From Gammaproteobacteria bacterium (GTDB lineage Bacteria > Pseudomonadota > Gammaproteobacteria > CBDBNL01 > JAAOII01), in contig OZ242372.1 of assembly GCA_965209035.1 (NCBI GenBank), positions 800,001 through 864,000 of the forward strand: a DNA stretch of 64,000 nt, written 5' to 3'. The notes beneath the pieces are model-generated. The model searched no databases, was not told where the DNA came from, and worked only from the letters and a program-made list of their open reading frames with translations. Position numbers and translations under genes: made by a program. Positions 1-9,228 of the stretch are shown here, one piece after another. Within the stretch, counting starts at the first letter, position 1; each line of letters begins with the position of its first letter.

Positions 1-153
1 TTGTGCAAACAATACTTCACAATTAATCCCCAATGCCAAACCGCCGGACACAGGCCGCAGCCTCTCCACTCTACCGGTCCCCGCAATCAGACCGCTAAAC
101 ATGATGCTTTGGATGTTCCGGGTGTTCGGGGTATCCCGGGATGCGCGACAAAT

Positions 154-2112
154 TCATCTGTATCTGTAATTGATATCACGCATGGAGTGGTGCAAAGAGA
201 CCGTCTCTACTTTACCCAAGCGCCATTCAAAAATAACCCAAGAATACAAAACTCTGCGAACATACTTGCGAGTCTCGCCGTAGGGGATGGTCTCAATCCA
301 TTCAATCGCGGGCTTGGAACCCCGTTCCGGTAGCCAAGACTTCACAGCCGTAGGACCCGCATTGTAAGAGGCTATGGTCAGAACCAGATGGCCTTGATAT
401 GTATCAAAAAGTTGGCGCAGATACAGACCGCCAATATCTAAAGAAACCTTGGGGTTTATCAAGCGCAGAGGCTGCGCATAATTATAGCGACGCTTAACCT
501 CTCTGGCTGTTGAGGGCAGGACCTGCAGCAATCCTACGGCACCCGCCCTGGAACGCACTTCCGGACGATAAGAACTTTCCGTCCGCATAATGGCGTATAA
601 CAAAGCGGGGTTTAAGTTATTGGCACGAGCCGTATTTTTTACCAACGAAGAATACGGCAAAGGATAACGCCGCTGTAAGTCATCCCAATATTCCGCTTCG
701 CTAAAGGCCCTTATGGCAAGATAATAATTATGTTGCTCATGGGCAAATCCCGCCAGTGCCAAGATTTGATTCTTTGATGCATGATCCAGCATGTTACTCC
801 ATTCTTTGTAAGCGTTGCCTCGCTGCCCCAGATAAACAAACTCCATAAAACGCAAAAACGGACGGGATTGCATAATACTCACTCCGATTTGCGTATTGGC
901 CGGCCTATGTTCAATCTTTTTGTTTTTACCGCGTATCTCCGCTGCCAAAAATCCGTAAAAATCGCGACTATCCGACGCCGACTCATAGTACATCGCCGCC
1001 TCCTGTTGTTTACCGAGTTTACTCAACGCATAGCCCTTCCAAAAAAGCCACGCGGATTCTTGTGCCAAGTCCGGCGGAAAAGAATCCATGATTTTTAGCA
1101 AGTTTTTCCAATCAGAAAACTTAATTGCACTGCGGACACGCCATTCGTGTTGTTTGTCATCCAACAAAAACTGCGGCTCAAGAGAAAGCATGGCTGCCAG
1201 CCCTTCGCTCTCACCGTTCAAAGTTAAATGCAATCCAAGGTAATAGCGGATCTGTGTGTGCTGTAAAGGGCTCAGTTTACATTTTCGGGCATATGTTTTA
1301 TAATCCTTATAGCCTTCGACGACATGCGCATCCGGATAGTGAGTCAGCGCATAGGTAATCAGATCGCAATGATGCGGCAAGTTTTTCAACAAAGAAGCGT
1401 ATCGTTTAATCTGCCGCGTATTGTGCCGAATTTTGAGTAAAATATCCAAAGTCGCTTTTTGTGAATCACTTAAATAATGCCGCAAAGATCTTGCCAATCC
1501 CCATTTTCTGTTTTCCAACGCCAATACCACCCGTTGCCAAACCAAGGTTGGGTCCGAATAAAAATCAAACCCGTTCTCACGCAAGATTTTCACACATCTG
1601 CCATCCAATTCCTTACCGCTATTCCAAATTTGCAACGCCCGTTTCCGCAGTTCCTCCCGATCACTTTGCTTTAATTTTGCCACAGAAGCGAAATGCAAAC
1701 AAGGCATAAAAGCAGGATCCGTCCGAGACAACACTTCTTGCCAATTTTCCAGGCGGTGCAATTCTTCCGCCAGCATCCTTCGCACCTTCGCCAAATAGGG
1801 AAAATAAGGATAACTTTCAATAAAAGAGCGAAGTTTTGGTGCGGAACGACGCACCGCATCCTCTTTCAAAATTTCTTCGTATTCCAAATAAGCAAATAAC
1901 GGATAATGGCGCAGTTGCTGCTTGTGATTCAAATATTGTCGCCACTGCTTTTTACGCAAATGATCCCGGGTTTCTTTGTAGATACGGCGTTCTTTTTCAA
2001 AATCCTTCTCTGCCGCCATTACCTTCTCGGTCGCCATTAAGTGTCCGATGAACAAAAAAAATAGCGTAAGGAAAATAAAGATACACCGCAGGGGGGTTTG
2101 TTTAAATAGCAT
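154..2112 (-). CDS. slt: Soluble lytic murein transglycosylase Slt70-like
   Basis: C-terminal SLT domain motifs (AIMRTESSY, GAVGLLQVLPSTA, ASYNAGP, IETIPYGETRKYVRRV) after a long helical region. Start placed at MLFKQ (2112) ahead of a hydrophobic signal segment; the ORF is open to 2169. Confidence 0.9.
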   Translation of the reverse strand: MLFKQTPLRCIFIFLTLFFLFIGHLMATEKVMAAEKDFEKERRIYKETRDHLRKKQWRQYLNHKQQLRHYPLFAYLEYEEILKEDAVRRSAPKLRSFIESYPYFPYLAKVRRMLAEELHRLENWQEVLSRTDPAFMPCLHFASVAKLKQSDREELRKRALQIWNSGKELDGRCVKILRENGFDFYSDPTLVWQRVVLALENRKWGLARSLRHYLSDSQKATLDILLKIRHNTRQIKRYASLLKNLPHHCDLITYALTHYPDAHVVEGYKDYKTYARKCKLSPLQHTQIRYYLGLHLTLNGESEGLAAMLSLEPQFLLDDKQHEWRVRSAIKFSDWKNLLKIMDSFPPDLAQESAWLFWKGYALSKLGKQQEAAMYYESASDSRDFYGFLAAEIRGKNKKIEHRPANTQIGVSIMQSRPFLRFMEFVYLGQRGNAYKEWSNMLDHASKNQILALAGFAHEQHNYYLAIRAFSEAEYWDDLQRRYPLPYSSLVKNTARANNLNPALLYAIMRTESSYRPEVRSRAGAVGLLQVLPSTAREVKRRYNYAQPLRLINPKVSLDIGGLYLRQLFDTYQGHLVLTIASYNAGPTAVKSWLPERGSKPAIEWIETIPYGETRKYVRRVLYSWVIFEWRLGKVETVSLHHSMRDINYRYR

Positions 2113-2134
2113 AACAAGTAACAGAATATTTTTA

Positions 2135-2346
2135 TTATACCGACCAAACCCCGACACAGAGCAAGTCATCTGTGCCCGTCTATAAAATAATATTTCTTCT
2201 GTGTTTGTTTAATGAACGATATGCAATACGAGATACAATAAAAGTACAATACATTATTAACCTTGAAGGACTATAAAAAAATTAAAATCTGTCTCTTTTT
2301 CCGTTTGGTTATTGGTTAAGTGTGTTCCCGCGAACCGCCCAATCAT
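2135..2346. repeat. 212-bp direct repeat, left copy (target-site duplication of IS1634)
   Basis: ttataccgaccaaacc...cgcccaatcat matches 4333..4544 and abuts the left terminal inverted repeat exactly. Confidence 0.95.
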
Positions 2347-4332
2347 CTTGACTTCGGAAAGAAATTATTATATTTTTAAAAAACCTTGTATTTTCAAGGT
2401 TTTTTTAGGATCTTTAATAGTGTATAATTAAAAGCATAATATGTATATTCGCGAATTCACTCGAAAAAACGGGCAGGTTCTGTCCGTGGTTTTTTCTTTT
2501 TATCGGTCCAAGCACAAGCAGCCGAACAATATGACTCTGTATACCAGCCAACCGGTGGAAGCCGACAGTGCGGAATATGCGGTGGTGCGGGCCGAGATGG
2601 AGCAACGCTGCCGCCGCTTGGAGAAGGAATTAAGACAAAGCACCTCACTGAATGCGTTTTTAACAAAACATCAAAAGGTGGTGGGCTGTGGTCGTGGCCA
2701 TGCTATCCGGCGCAACGACCGGGTGGATGACGATGGACCGGGGGCACTTTCGGCCTTAAGAACTTTAGGTGCGCGCAGTTACGGTCTGCCCTATGTCATG
2801 GAGAAATTATTTGCGTCCATGGGCTTGGATACGTTGGTGGCACCGCGGCGCCAACGGCTGAATGCCTGTTTGCGGGTGCTCAGTTGGGGGCGGCTGACGG
2901 CCGAGCGGATTAGTAAACGGCAATTGTCGCAGCTGTTGGAAGAAGAATATGGGATCCACTGGTCTGAGGACAGCATGTACAAAGCGATGGATCATTTGGA
3001 TGATGCCGAGATTGAGCGCATTCAGATGCGGGTGGCACGTTCCAATTTGGCATTACTTAACCAAAAGACGGTGCAGCTGTTGCTGTATGACACGACGACC
3101 TTTTATTTTGAATCGGTGCAGGCGGATGACTTCCGCTGCAGAGGTTGGTCCAAAGACGGCAAAGCCCATCGGACGCAGGTGGTCTTTGGGATGTGGATGA
3201 CGCCTTGTGGCTTGCCGTTGGGCTACAAACTATTTACCGGTAAGACCGCGGATGTGTCGACCTTGTTGCCGGCTTTGGACGAGATGCAGCGGCGGCTGGG
3301 GGCCCAAAAGACGGTGGTGATTGCTGACAACGGCCTCCTCAGTGAAGACAACTTGGCGGCGATTACGGCGGCCGGGCATGCGTTTGTCATGGCCTGTTCG
3401 CCACGCAAGTTACCCAAAGAGATCCGCACGGCGGTCTACAACTATGATTTTGAAGGCGGGGCCCGCATCTTTGAGATCGGCTTGCTACCACCCGCGCGCA
3501 CCCAACTTGCCGACAACGACCGCCCTCTGGTGGCACGCAATTATTATGCCAACTTCTCCTCCAAGCGCGCCCGCCGCGATCTCCATCAGCTGCATCTGGC
3601 CTTGAAGCGGGCCAAAAACAGTACCGGCCGCAACCACCAAGCTCTGCGGGGGATTGCCTGTCCCGATATCCGTAAGTTCTTATCCAACAACGGCATCACC
3701 ACACTGAACCCCACAGCCATCAACCGGGCGATGCAAGAAATCGGTCTCTATGGCGTGCAGGCCTCGCCCAATATTGACTACCAAACCGCCTACACTTACT
3801 ACAAACAACTGTATGCCATTGAACACGGCTTCCGGGATCTTAAAAGTGATCTGCAAATCCGCCCGACCTTCCATTGGAAACCCGAGCGCATCCGCGCCCA
3901 TTTCGCCCTCTGCTATCTGGCGTTTGCCGCCATCCGCCGCTTGCGGTATGTCCTCCGCCAACAAAAGCCCGCACCCACCACCGTGTGGACCACCGAAATG
4001 CTGCCGTTCACCGATCTAGATGCCCGACCGCAGCCGCCGCAAAAAAACAAGACCGAGGAAATCGTCACCACCAAGAAGATCCTCAAAGAACTGCGCAACT
4101 TCAAAGCAACTATCCAACGCAATCCCGTTGGCAACTATTACAGCAGCCCACACCAACTCACCCCGGGACAGCAACGCATTTTACAAGCCGTTCAACTAAA
4201 ACCCAAACAACCTGCTCTGTTGGATCACAAACACTAAGCGCAAGAAGCAAAGTCGCAAGGGCTCATAGTGTATAAAAACGGCCCGCAAACCCTTATAAAA
4301 ACAGGGTTTTTTAAGAAGTTTCCGAAGTCAAG
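2347..4332 (+). mobile_element. IS1634-family insertion sequence, apparently intact (1986 bp)
   Basis: Perfect 14-bp terminal inverted repeats CTTGACTTCGGAAA (2347..2360) and TTTCCGAAGTCAAG (4319..4332), a single DDE transposase, and a long flanking direct repeat. Confidence 0.93.
2441..4237 (+). CDS. IS1634-family DDE transposase
   Basis: Motifs YDTTTFYFES, GWSKDGK, GLPLGYKLFTGKTADVSTL, VVIADNGL, IEHGFRDLKSDLQIRPTFHWKPERIRAHFALCYLA. Confidence 0.93.
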   Translation: MYIREFTRKNGQVLSVVFSFYRSKHKQPNNMTLYTSQPVEADSAEYAVVRAEMEQRCRRLEKELRQSTSLNAFLTKHQKVVGCGRGHAIRRNDRVDDDGPGALSALRTLGARSYGLPYVMEKLFASMGLDTLVAPRRQRLNACLRVLSWGRLTAERISKRQLSQLLEEEYGIHWSEDSMYKAMDHLDDAEIERIQMRVARSNLALLNQKTVQLLLYDTTTFYFESVQADDFRCRGWSKDGKAHRTQVVFGMWMTPCGLPLGYKLFTGKTADVSTLLPALDEMQRRLGAQKTVVIADNGLLSEDNLAAITAAGHAFVMACSPRKLPKEIRTAVYNYDFEGGARIFEIGLLPPARTQLADNDRPLVARNYYANFSSKRARRDLHQLHLALKRAKNSTGRNHQALRGIACPDIRKFLSNNGITTLNPTAINRAMQEIGLYGVQASPNIDYQTAYTYYKQLYAIEHGFRDLKSDLQIRPTFHWKPERIRAHFALCYLAFAAIRRLRYVLRQQKPAPTTVWTTEMLPFTDLDARPQPPQKNKTEEIVTTKKILKELRNFKATIQRNPVGNYYSSPHQLTPGQQRILQAVQLKPKQPALLDHKH

Positions 4333-4544
4333 TTATACCGACCAAACCCCGACACAGAGCAAGTCATCTGTGCCCGTCTATAAAATAATATTTCTTCTGT
4401 GTTTGTTTAATGAACGATATGCAATACGAGATACAATAAAAGTACAATACATTATTAACCTTGAAGGACTATAAAAAAATTAAAATCTGTCTCTTTTTCC
4501 GTTTGGTTATTGGTTAAGTGTGTTCCCGCGAACCGCCCAATCAT
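4333..4544. repeat. 212-bp direct repeat, right copy
   Basis: Matches 2135..2346 and starts immediately after the right terminal inverted repeat. Confidence 0.95.
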
Positions 4545-4612
4545 TACATCTGCCGTTTTGAGATTTTGTCGCTATCTTCTGTCCGGGGTCTTGCCACCTG
4601 TCTTTTTATTCA

Positions 4613-5890
4613 ATGCAAATAAAACCGCAAATGAAACCGTTGATCCTAATAGATAAAAACCTTGCCGAAGCCGGCGGCAGGGATCTTTTTTCACCTCACG
4701 GGGCTACAATGGAGGCGGTGGAAGCGATGGAAACGGTAGAAACGGTGGAAACCGCCGATTTCCCGCCGCATCTTCTTGCCAAAGCCGACGCTCTCATCAT
4801 CCGCACCCAAACAAAGATTGATGCCGCATTGTTAAGGCACGCACCTCGCCTGTCATTTGTTGGCTCGGCCAGTGCCGGCTTCGATCATGTTAATATCCCC
4901 GCCCTGCGCGCACGCTCGGTTCGGTTCGCCTATGCTCCCGGCAGCAACGCCTTTGCCGTAGTTGACTATGTTCTATCCGCACTTGCGGCGACCGACAAAC
5001 TTGCCGAACTGTTACAGGGTCGTCTTTCTCTGGGAGTGATCGGCTTCGGGCACATCGGCCGTCACCTTGTCGTCCGGCTCCGCTCTCTGGCGGATATTTT
5101 GCAATGGCACCCGCGTATTCTCGTTTATGATCCGATCTTAAAACCGGCAGAAGCAAAAAAATATCGGACAACATTCGGCATAGAACTCGCTCCGCTCAAC
5201 CGGATACTTTCCGCCGATTGTATCTCTCTGCATTGCTCGCTGACACGCGACCATCTTGGCAGTGCGGGGATGATCGACACGGACATTCTCCGTTCTCTAA
5301 AAAAACATCAGATGCTCATCAACACTGCCAGAGGATCCGTTCTGGCGGACAGTATCGGGATAACCGCCGATAGCGATGCCGACAAAAAGCACAAAAAGGA
5401 CAAAAATCACCGGGAACAAACCACAAAAGCGACGCTGATTTTTGATGTATGGCATAAGCAAACCTCGCCGAGTTGGGTCCGTCTGTGCTTTGCGGCAACG
5501 CCGCATATTGCCGGCTATTCCCTTGAAGCCAAACAACGGGCCTTGCGGACTGTTTATGAGGATTTCTGTCAACATTTTCATTTGGCCGCCAAAGAAAAGA
5601 AACAGCCCGCCGACAACCCGCGAGTGCCACCGCCAAGATGCCCCAAACCGCTGACCGACGAAACCGTGATGTCCTATATCAAAAGACTCCTTTTGATAAA
5701 CTACGATATTGTCCGAGACAGCTTAAATGCCAAAAGAGCGGTCAACCGGGACAGCCGGCAACCGCCCGGTAAAACCCTGACCCGCTTAAGAAACATCTAT
5801 ACTTTGCGGCAACGCATTGCTGTTCCGCCCGAACGAAACGGCGACACCTCACCGCACTCGGCTTGTGCAAAAGCCCTGTTTGAATACTGA
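4613..5890 (+). CDS. pdxB: Erythronate-4-phosphate dehydrogenase (D-2-hydroxyacid dehydrogenase family)
   Basis: ADALIIRTQTKID, FVGSASAGFDHV, APGSNAFAVVDYV, GVIGFGHIG, LINTARG, TPHIAGYSLEAK. Confidence 0.85.
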   Translation: MQIKPQMKPLILIDKNLAEAGGRDLFSPHGATMEAVEAMETVETVETADFPPHLLAKADALIIRTQTKIDAALLRHAPRLSFVGSASAGFDHVNIPALRARSVRFAYAPGSNAFAVVDYVLSALAATDKLAELLQGRLSLGVIGFGHIGRHLVVRLRSLADILQWHPRILVYDPILKPAEAKKYRTTFGIELAPLNRILSADCISLHCSLTRDHLGSAGMIDTDILRSLKKHQMLINTARGSVLADSIGITADSDADKKHKKDKNHREQTTKATLIFDVWHKQTSPSWVRLCFAATPHIAGYSLEAKQRALRTVYEDFCQHFHLAAKEKKQPADNPRVPPPRCPKPLTDETVMSYIKRLLLINYDIVRDSLNAKRAVNRDSRQPPGKTLTRLRNIYTLRQRIAVPPERNGDTSPHSACAKALFEY

Positions 5891-5930
5891 GTCGCATCCC
5901 AAAAAGCATACCCCAAAAAACATAAACATA

Positions 5931-5954
5931 CCCCCCCCCCCCCCCAAAAAAAAA
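5931..5954. repeat. C15-A9 homopolymer run between pdxB and rpe
   Basis: 15 C (5931..5945) followed directly by 9 A (5946..5954). Confidence 0.9.
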
Positions 5955-6042
5955 GCAACCCTATGGCAAGCAACAAGTGATCCGGGATGGATGCCTTATA
6001 CTAAATTAAACTAATGCCTGATATCTCTATAATCAAAAACAG

Positions 6043-6744
6043 ATGACTCGCCAAACAACTCAAAAAGCCGGCAACCGTTGTAATTGCTTAATTGCGCCGT
6101 CTGTTTTAACCGCCGACTTCACAAACCTGGGCGAGCAAATCCGTGCGCTGGAACAAGGAGGAGCGGATTGGTTGCACTTGGATGTGATGGACGGGCACTT
6201 TGTCCCGGAAATCTCTTTTGGCGCATCCCTTGTTGCCGCTATGGACAGGATCACCAATCTGTTTTTGGATGTTCATTTAATGATCATGAGACCGGAAGAC
6301 GCCATCAACAAGATGCTTGAGGCGGGGGCGGACCAAATTACTTTTCATATTGAAGCCACGCAACATCCTCACAAACTACTGGAACAAATCCGCCGGGCAG
6401 GCAAACTGGCCGGCATTGCCCTGAATCCCGGCACCCCGCCGCAGGCGGTGCAAGAGCTGACCGAACTGGCGGACACGCTGGTGGTGATGACCGTCAATCC
6501 CGGCTATGGCGGCCAAAAACTGATTCCAACCCAACTCAACAAGATTGCCCGCCTGCGGGAGCTGTTAGAAAAAACAAAGAATCGGCGGACACGCATTATG
6601 GCGGACGGCGGGGTTAATCAAAAAACCGTGGCGGACTGTGTCCGGGCCGGCGCGGACACCCTGGTGGTCGGCTCGGCAATCCTGGGAACGACCGACTACA
6701 AAAAAGCCATCGACGAGATTCGCTCGCTGACCCAAAGTATCTAA
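6043..6744 (+). CDS. rpe: Ribulose-phosphate 3-epimerase
   Basis: IAPSVLTADF, HLDVMDGHFVP, DVHLM, MTVNPGYGGQ, DGGV, VVGSAI. Confidence 0.96.
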   Translation: MTRQTTQKAGNRCNCLIAPSVLTADFTNLGEQIRALEQGGADWLHLDVMDGHFVPEISFGASLVAAMDRITNLFLDVHLMIMRPEDAINKMLEAGADQITFHIEATQHPHKLLEQIRRAGKLAGIALNPGTPPQAVQELTELADTLVVMTVNPGYGGQKLIPTQLNKIARLRELLEKTKNRRTRIMADGGVNQKTVADCVRAGADTLVVGSAILGTTDYKKAIDEIRSLTQSI

Positions 6745-7211
6745 TAACTGCTGCCAATATCTGCCAACTGCTGCCAACCGCCGGCAATCGCTGCCAACCT
6801 CCGCCAGCCCCCGCAGGTCTCGCGAACGGGCGTATCAATCAAAAACAATCCAAAAATAACCCGGAAACAATCCAAACATCATCCGTTGATTGACAACGAT
6901 ATCAACAATGACAACAGTGTCAATGATGTCAATCATGCCACCGACGCCGCTTTGCTCTGTCCAAAAAGTTCAATCAGAGACCTGCGGAAGTTTTCGCAAA
7001 AATTTCCGAAGCCACGTTAGAGGTCCGGTTAGAAGCCAAGTGACCGGAAACACAGCCGGCGGGCTTGCCTTGCCGGATCAACCTCGCCCGATTGCAGGGT
7101 TTAACTTGTAGAAAAATCGGGCTTGTCCATACCCGCCGCATCGAGGGATGCCAAAACGATCTGTTTGGCTCGCCGAAGCAGCCAAACGAGATTTCAGTCT
7201 GCTTTAATTAT

Positions 7212-7704
7212 GGGAATTAGATACTTGACAACCCATCCGAAAATAAGGGACGGCTATAATGGGATTATGAGTAAAAAAAGAATAGAAAAAACGATCTCGG
7301 TGTTTGACTTCGTTAGGATGTTTCCAACGGAAGAGAAAGCCCGGGCATTTGTCGAGAAGGAGTTATGGCCGGAAGGAGCACAGTGTCCGCATTGTAATAG
7401 TCGTCGTGTCAGCGAGAAAGTGAGTATTGCGGGTTATCGGTGTAAGGATTGTCGGAAGAATTTTACAGTTCGGATTGGGACAGTCTTTGAAGATTCTCAT
7501 CTGCCACTGAAGACCTGGTTATATGCGATGTATTTGATTCAGCCAAGTCGTAAAAGTATCTCGTCGTTACAATTATCCAAAGAGCTGGGCGTGACCCAGA
7601 AGACGGCTTGGTTTTTAGGTCATCGCATCCGGGCGGCGAGTCACCAAAGCCATCGTTTATTAAGCGGTCTGGTTGAGATGGATGAATCCTGTGAAATCAA
7701 GTAA
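7212..7704 (+). mobile_element. IS1595-family element, 3'-truncated (left end plus N-terminal transposase, ATG 7267)
   Basis: End sequence GGGAATTAGATACTTGACAACCCATCC is shared with the copy ending at 35081. Zn-ribbon CPHC...CKDC, FTVRIGTVFEDSHLPL, ISSLQLSKELGVTQKTAW; breaks off just after VEMDE. Confidence 0.9.
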
Positions 7705-7717
7705 TTAGTGCAACACC

Positions 7718-7763
7718 GTGAAATGTTTCCTTGAATTTTGTAAAATTCAAGGAAACATTTCAC
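7718..7763. repeat. 46-bp hairpin palindrome (22-bp perfect arms, 2-nt loop)
   Basis: GTGAAATGTTTCCTTGAATTTT-GT-AAAATTCAAGGAAACATTTCAC. Confidence 0.92.
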
Positions 7764-7767
7764 AAAA

Positions 7768-8206
7768 ATACCGGTTCTGTTCCGTGCCATCGAACGTAAA
7801 CTTCCCAGCCCGTCTATTAACCCCAATTCCAACGCTCGCTCGCCGTTATAGATGTAGCCGGAAAAAATATCCGGGTCATCGCTGAGCCTATCACCCCGCC
7901 CTCGCTTGACATCCGCGACAAAGTTGTCATAAAGTGCATCCGGCACCTGTTGCCGGAAAGCTTCTTGGTCGAGTTTTACCGGCGCAAAGGGATCCAAAAA
8001 TGCTTTATTTTCACCTCTGGTGTAGAATCTTCTCTCCAACCCGAGTTTTTCAACCGCCTCTTCAAGCCCGAACCCGCCGGAAATGATGCCGATAGAACCA
8101 ATCAGACTGCTGTCATCCGCATAAATCTCATCCGTGGCGGATGCGATATGATAAGCGGCCGATGCCGCCAACTCATCAACCACCGCATAAACCTTCTTCG
8201 CCGGAT
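7768..8206 (-). pseudogene. Partial, slightly diverged duplicate of the sppA 3' half
   Basis: Translates to PAKKVYAVVDELAASAAYHIASATDEIYAD...DGLGSLRSMARNRTG, nearly identical to ~10131..10569; lacks both gene ends. Confidence 0.9.
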
Positions 8207-8313
8207 GTTCATACAAAAAACATTGCAAAAAACATTAAAGACCTGTTACTTTTTAATATGTGGTTTAAGTTTTACCACTGCAAAACCAAAAGACTTTTTA
8301 ATCCTTTACCGGA

Positions 8314-9228
8314 TTAGGAATCAGCCAATTCTTTGGCGGAAGTATTGAGGGCCGGGGAATCAAAAAGTGTCCCTTCAATAAAAGAACTTTTTGACTTCTT
8401 TGACTCTTCCGGATCCATTTTGATGTTTTTAAAACCGGGCTTCGTATTTGTTTGCATATGACGAATTCGCATTCTTGCCAACCGACAATATTTCTCACTG
8501 ATATCCATCCCAATATATTGCCTATCCAATAAAGAAGCCATTATTGCGGTAGAACCACTGCCTACCATAGGGTCCAACACCAGATCATTTTTATTGGTAA
8601 ATACGCTGATAAAATCATAAGGAATTTTGTCGGGATAAACGGCCGGGTGTTGGCGTTTAAGATGCACCTTGTCGCCGCCGTTACTATAATCCCATATGGT
8701 CCCGGGGCACTTGGTCGCATTAATTTTAATGCGACGTGAATTGACAGTCAGTCCGTCTTTGTTGCGATTAGCCCCCCCGTTCATCGTTTTTCCCGCATGT
8801 TTGCACGGCACTTTAACCGGTTCTTTATTAAAGGCTTTGGGTTTTTTACCCTTCAAAAAAATTGGCATATACTCATGGTCCACTCTGAATCGTTTGGACC
8901 ACCAGGCACCGTCTTTACTTTGCTTCTTATAAATGTTGCATTCAAAAAGACTAAAACCAATGTTTTCACACCAATCAACAATTGTTTTGAAGGAAGTGAG
9001 ACTCTTATGCCCATTAATAGTTTGATCTTGAATCACCATAACAACCATACCGCCATCCTTTGTTGTCCTATATAGTTCCAGACCCAGAGTATGCAGATCC
9101 AGTTGATAGCCGTTGTAATCCCGCAAGCCGTCATAAGGCGGAGAAAATACTGTCAGGTCAAAAAAATTCTCGTCAAACGCCGATAACAGAGTGAGGCAAT
9201 CACCTTGAAGTATTTTATTGGGTTTCAT
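8314..9228 (-). CDS. Site-specific DNA methyltransferase, beta class, probably N4-cytosine
   Basis: Motif IV SPPY near the N-terminus, HPAVYP, and motif I VLDPMVGSGST near the C-terminus; lower GC than the flanks. Confidence 0.9.
   Translation of the reverse strand: MKPNKILQGDCLTLLSAFDENFFDLTVFSPPYDGLRDYNGYQLDLHTLGLELYRTTKDGGMVVMVIQDQTINGHKSLTSFKTIVDWCENIGFSLFECNIYKKQSKDGAWWSKRFRVDHEYMPIFLKGKKPKAFNKEPVKVPCKHAGKTMNGGANRNKDGLTVNSRRIKINATKCPGTIWDYSNGGDKVHLKRQHPAVYPDKIPYDFISVFTNKNDLVLDPMVGSGSTAIMASLLDRQYIGMDISEKYCRLARMRIRHMQTNTKPGFKNIKMDPEESKKSKSSFIEGTLFDSPALNTSAKELADS

Noticed and set aside
7641-8228. 195-aa ORF as a second functional SppA
   Set aside because: No TM anchor or SPGG motif, and both termini come from unrelated junction sequence.
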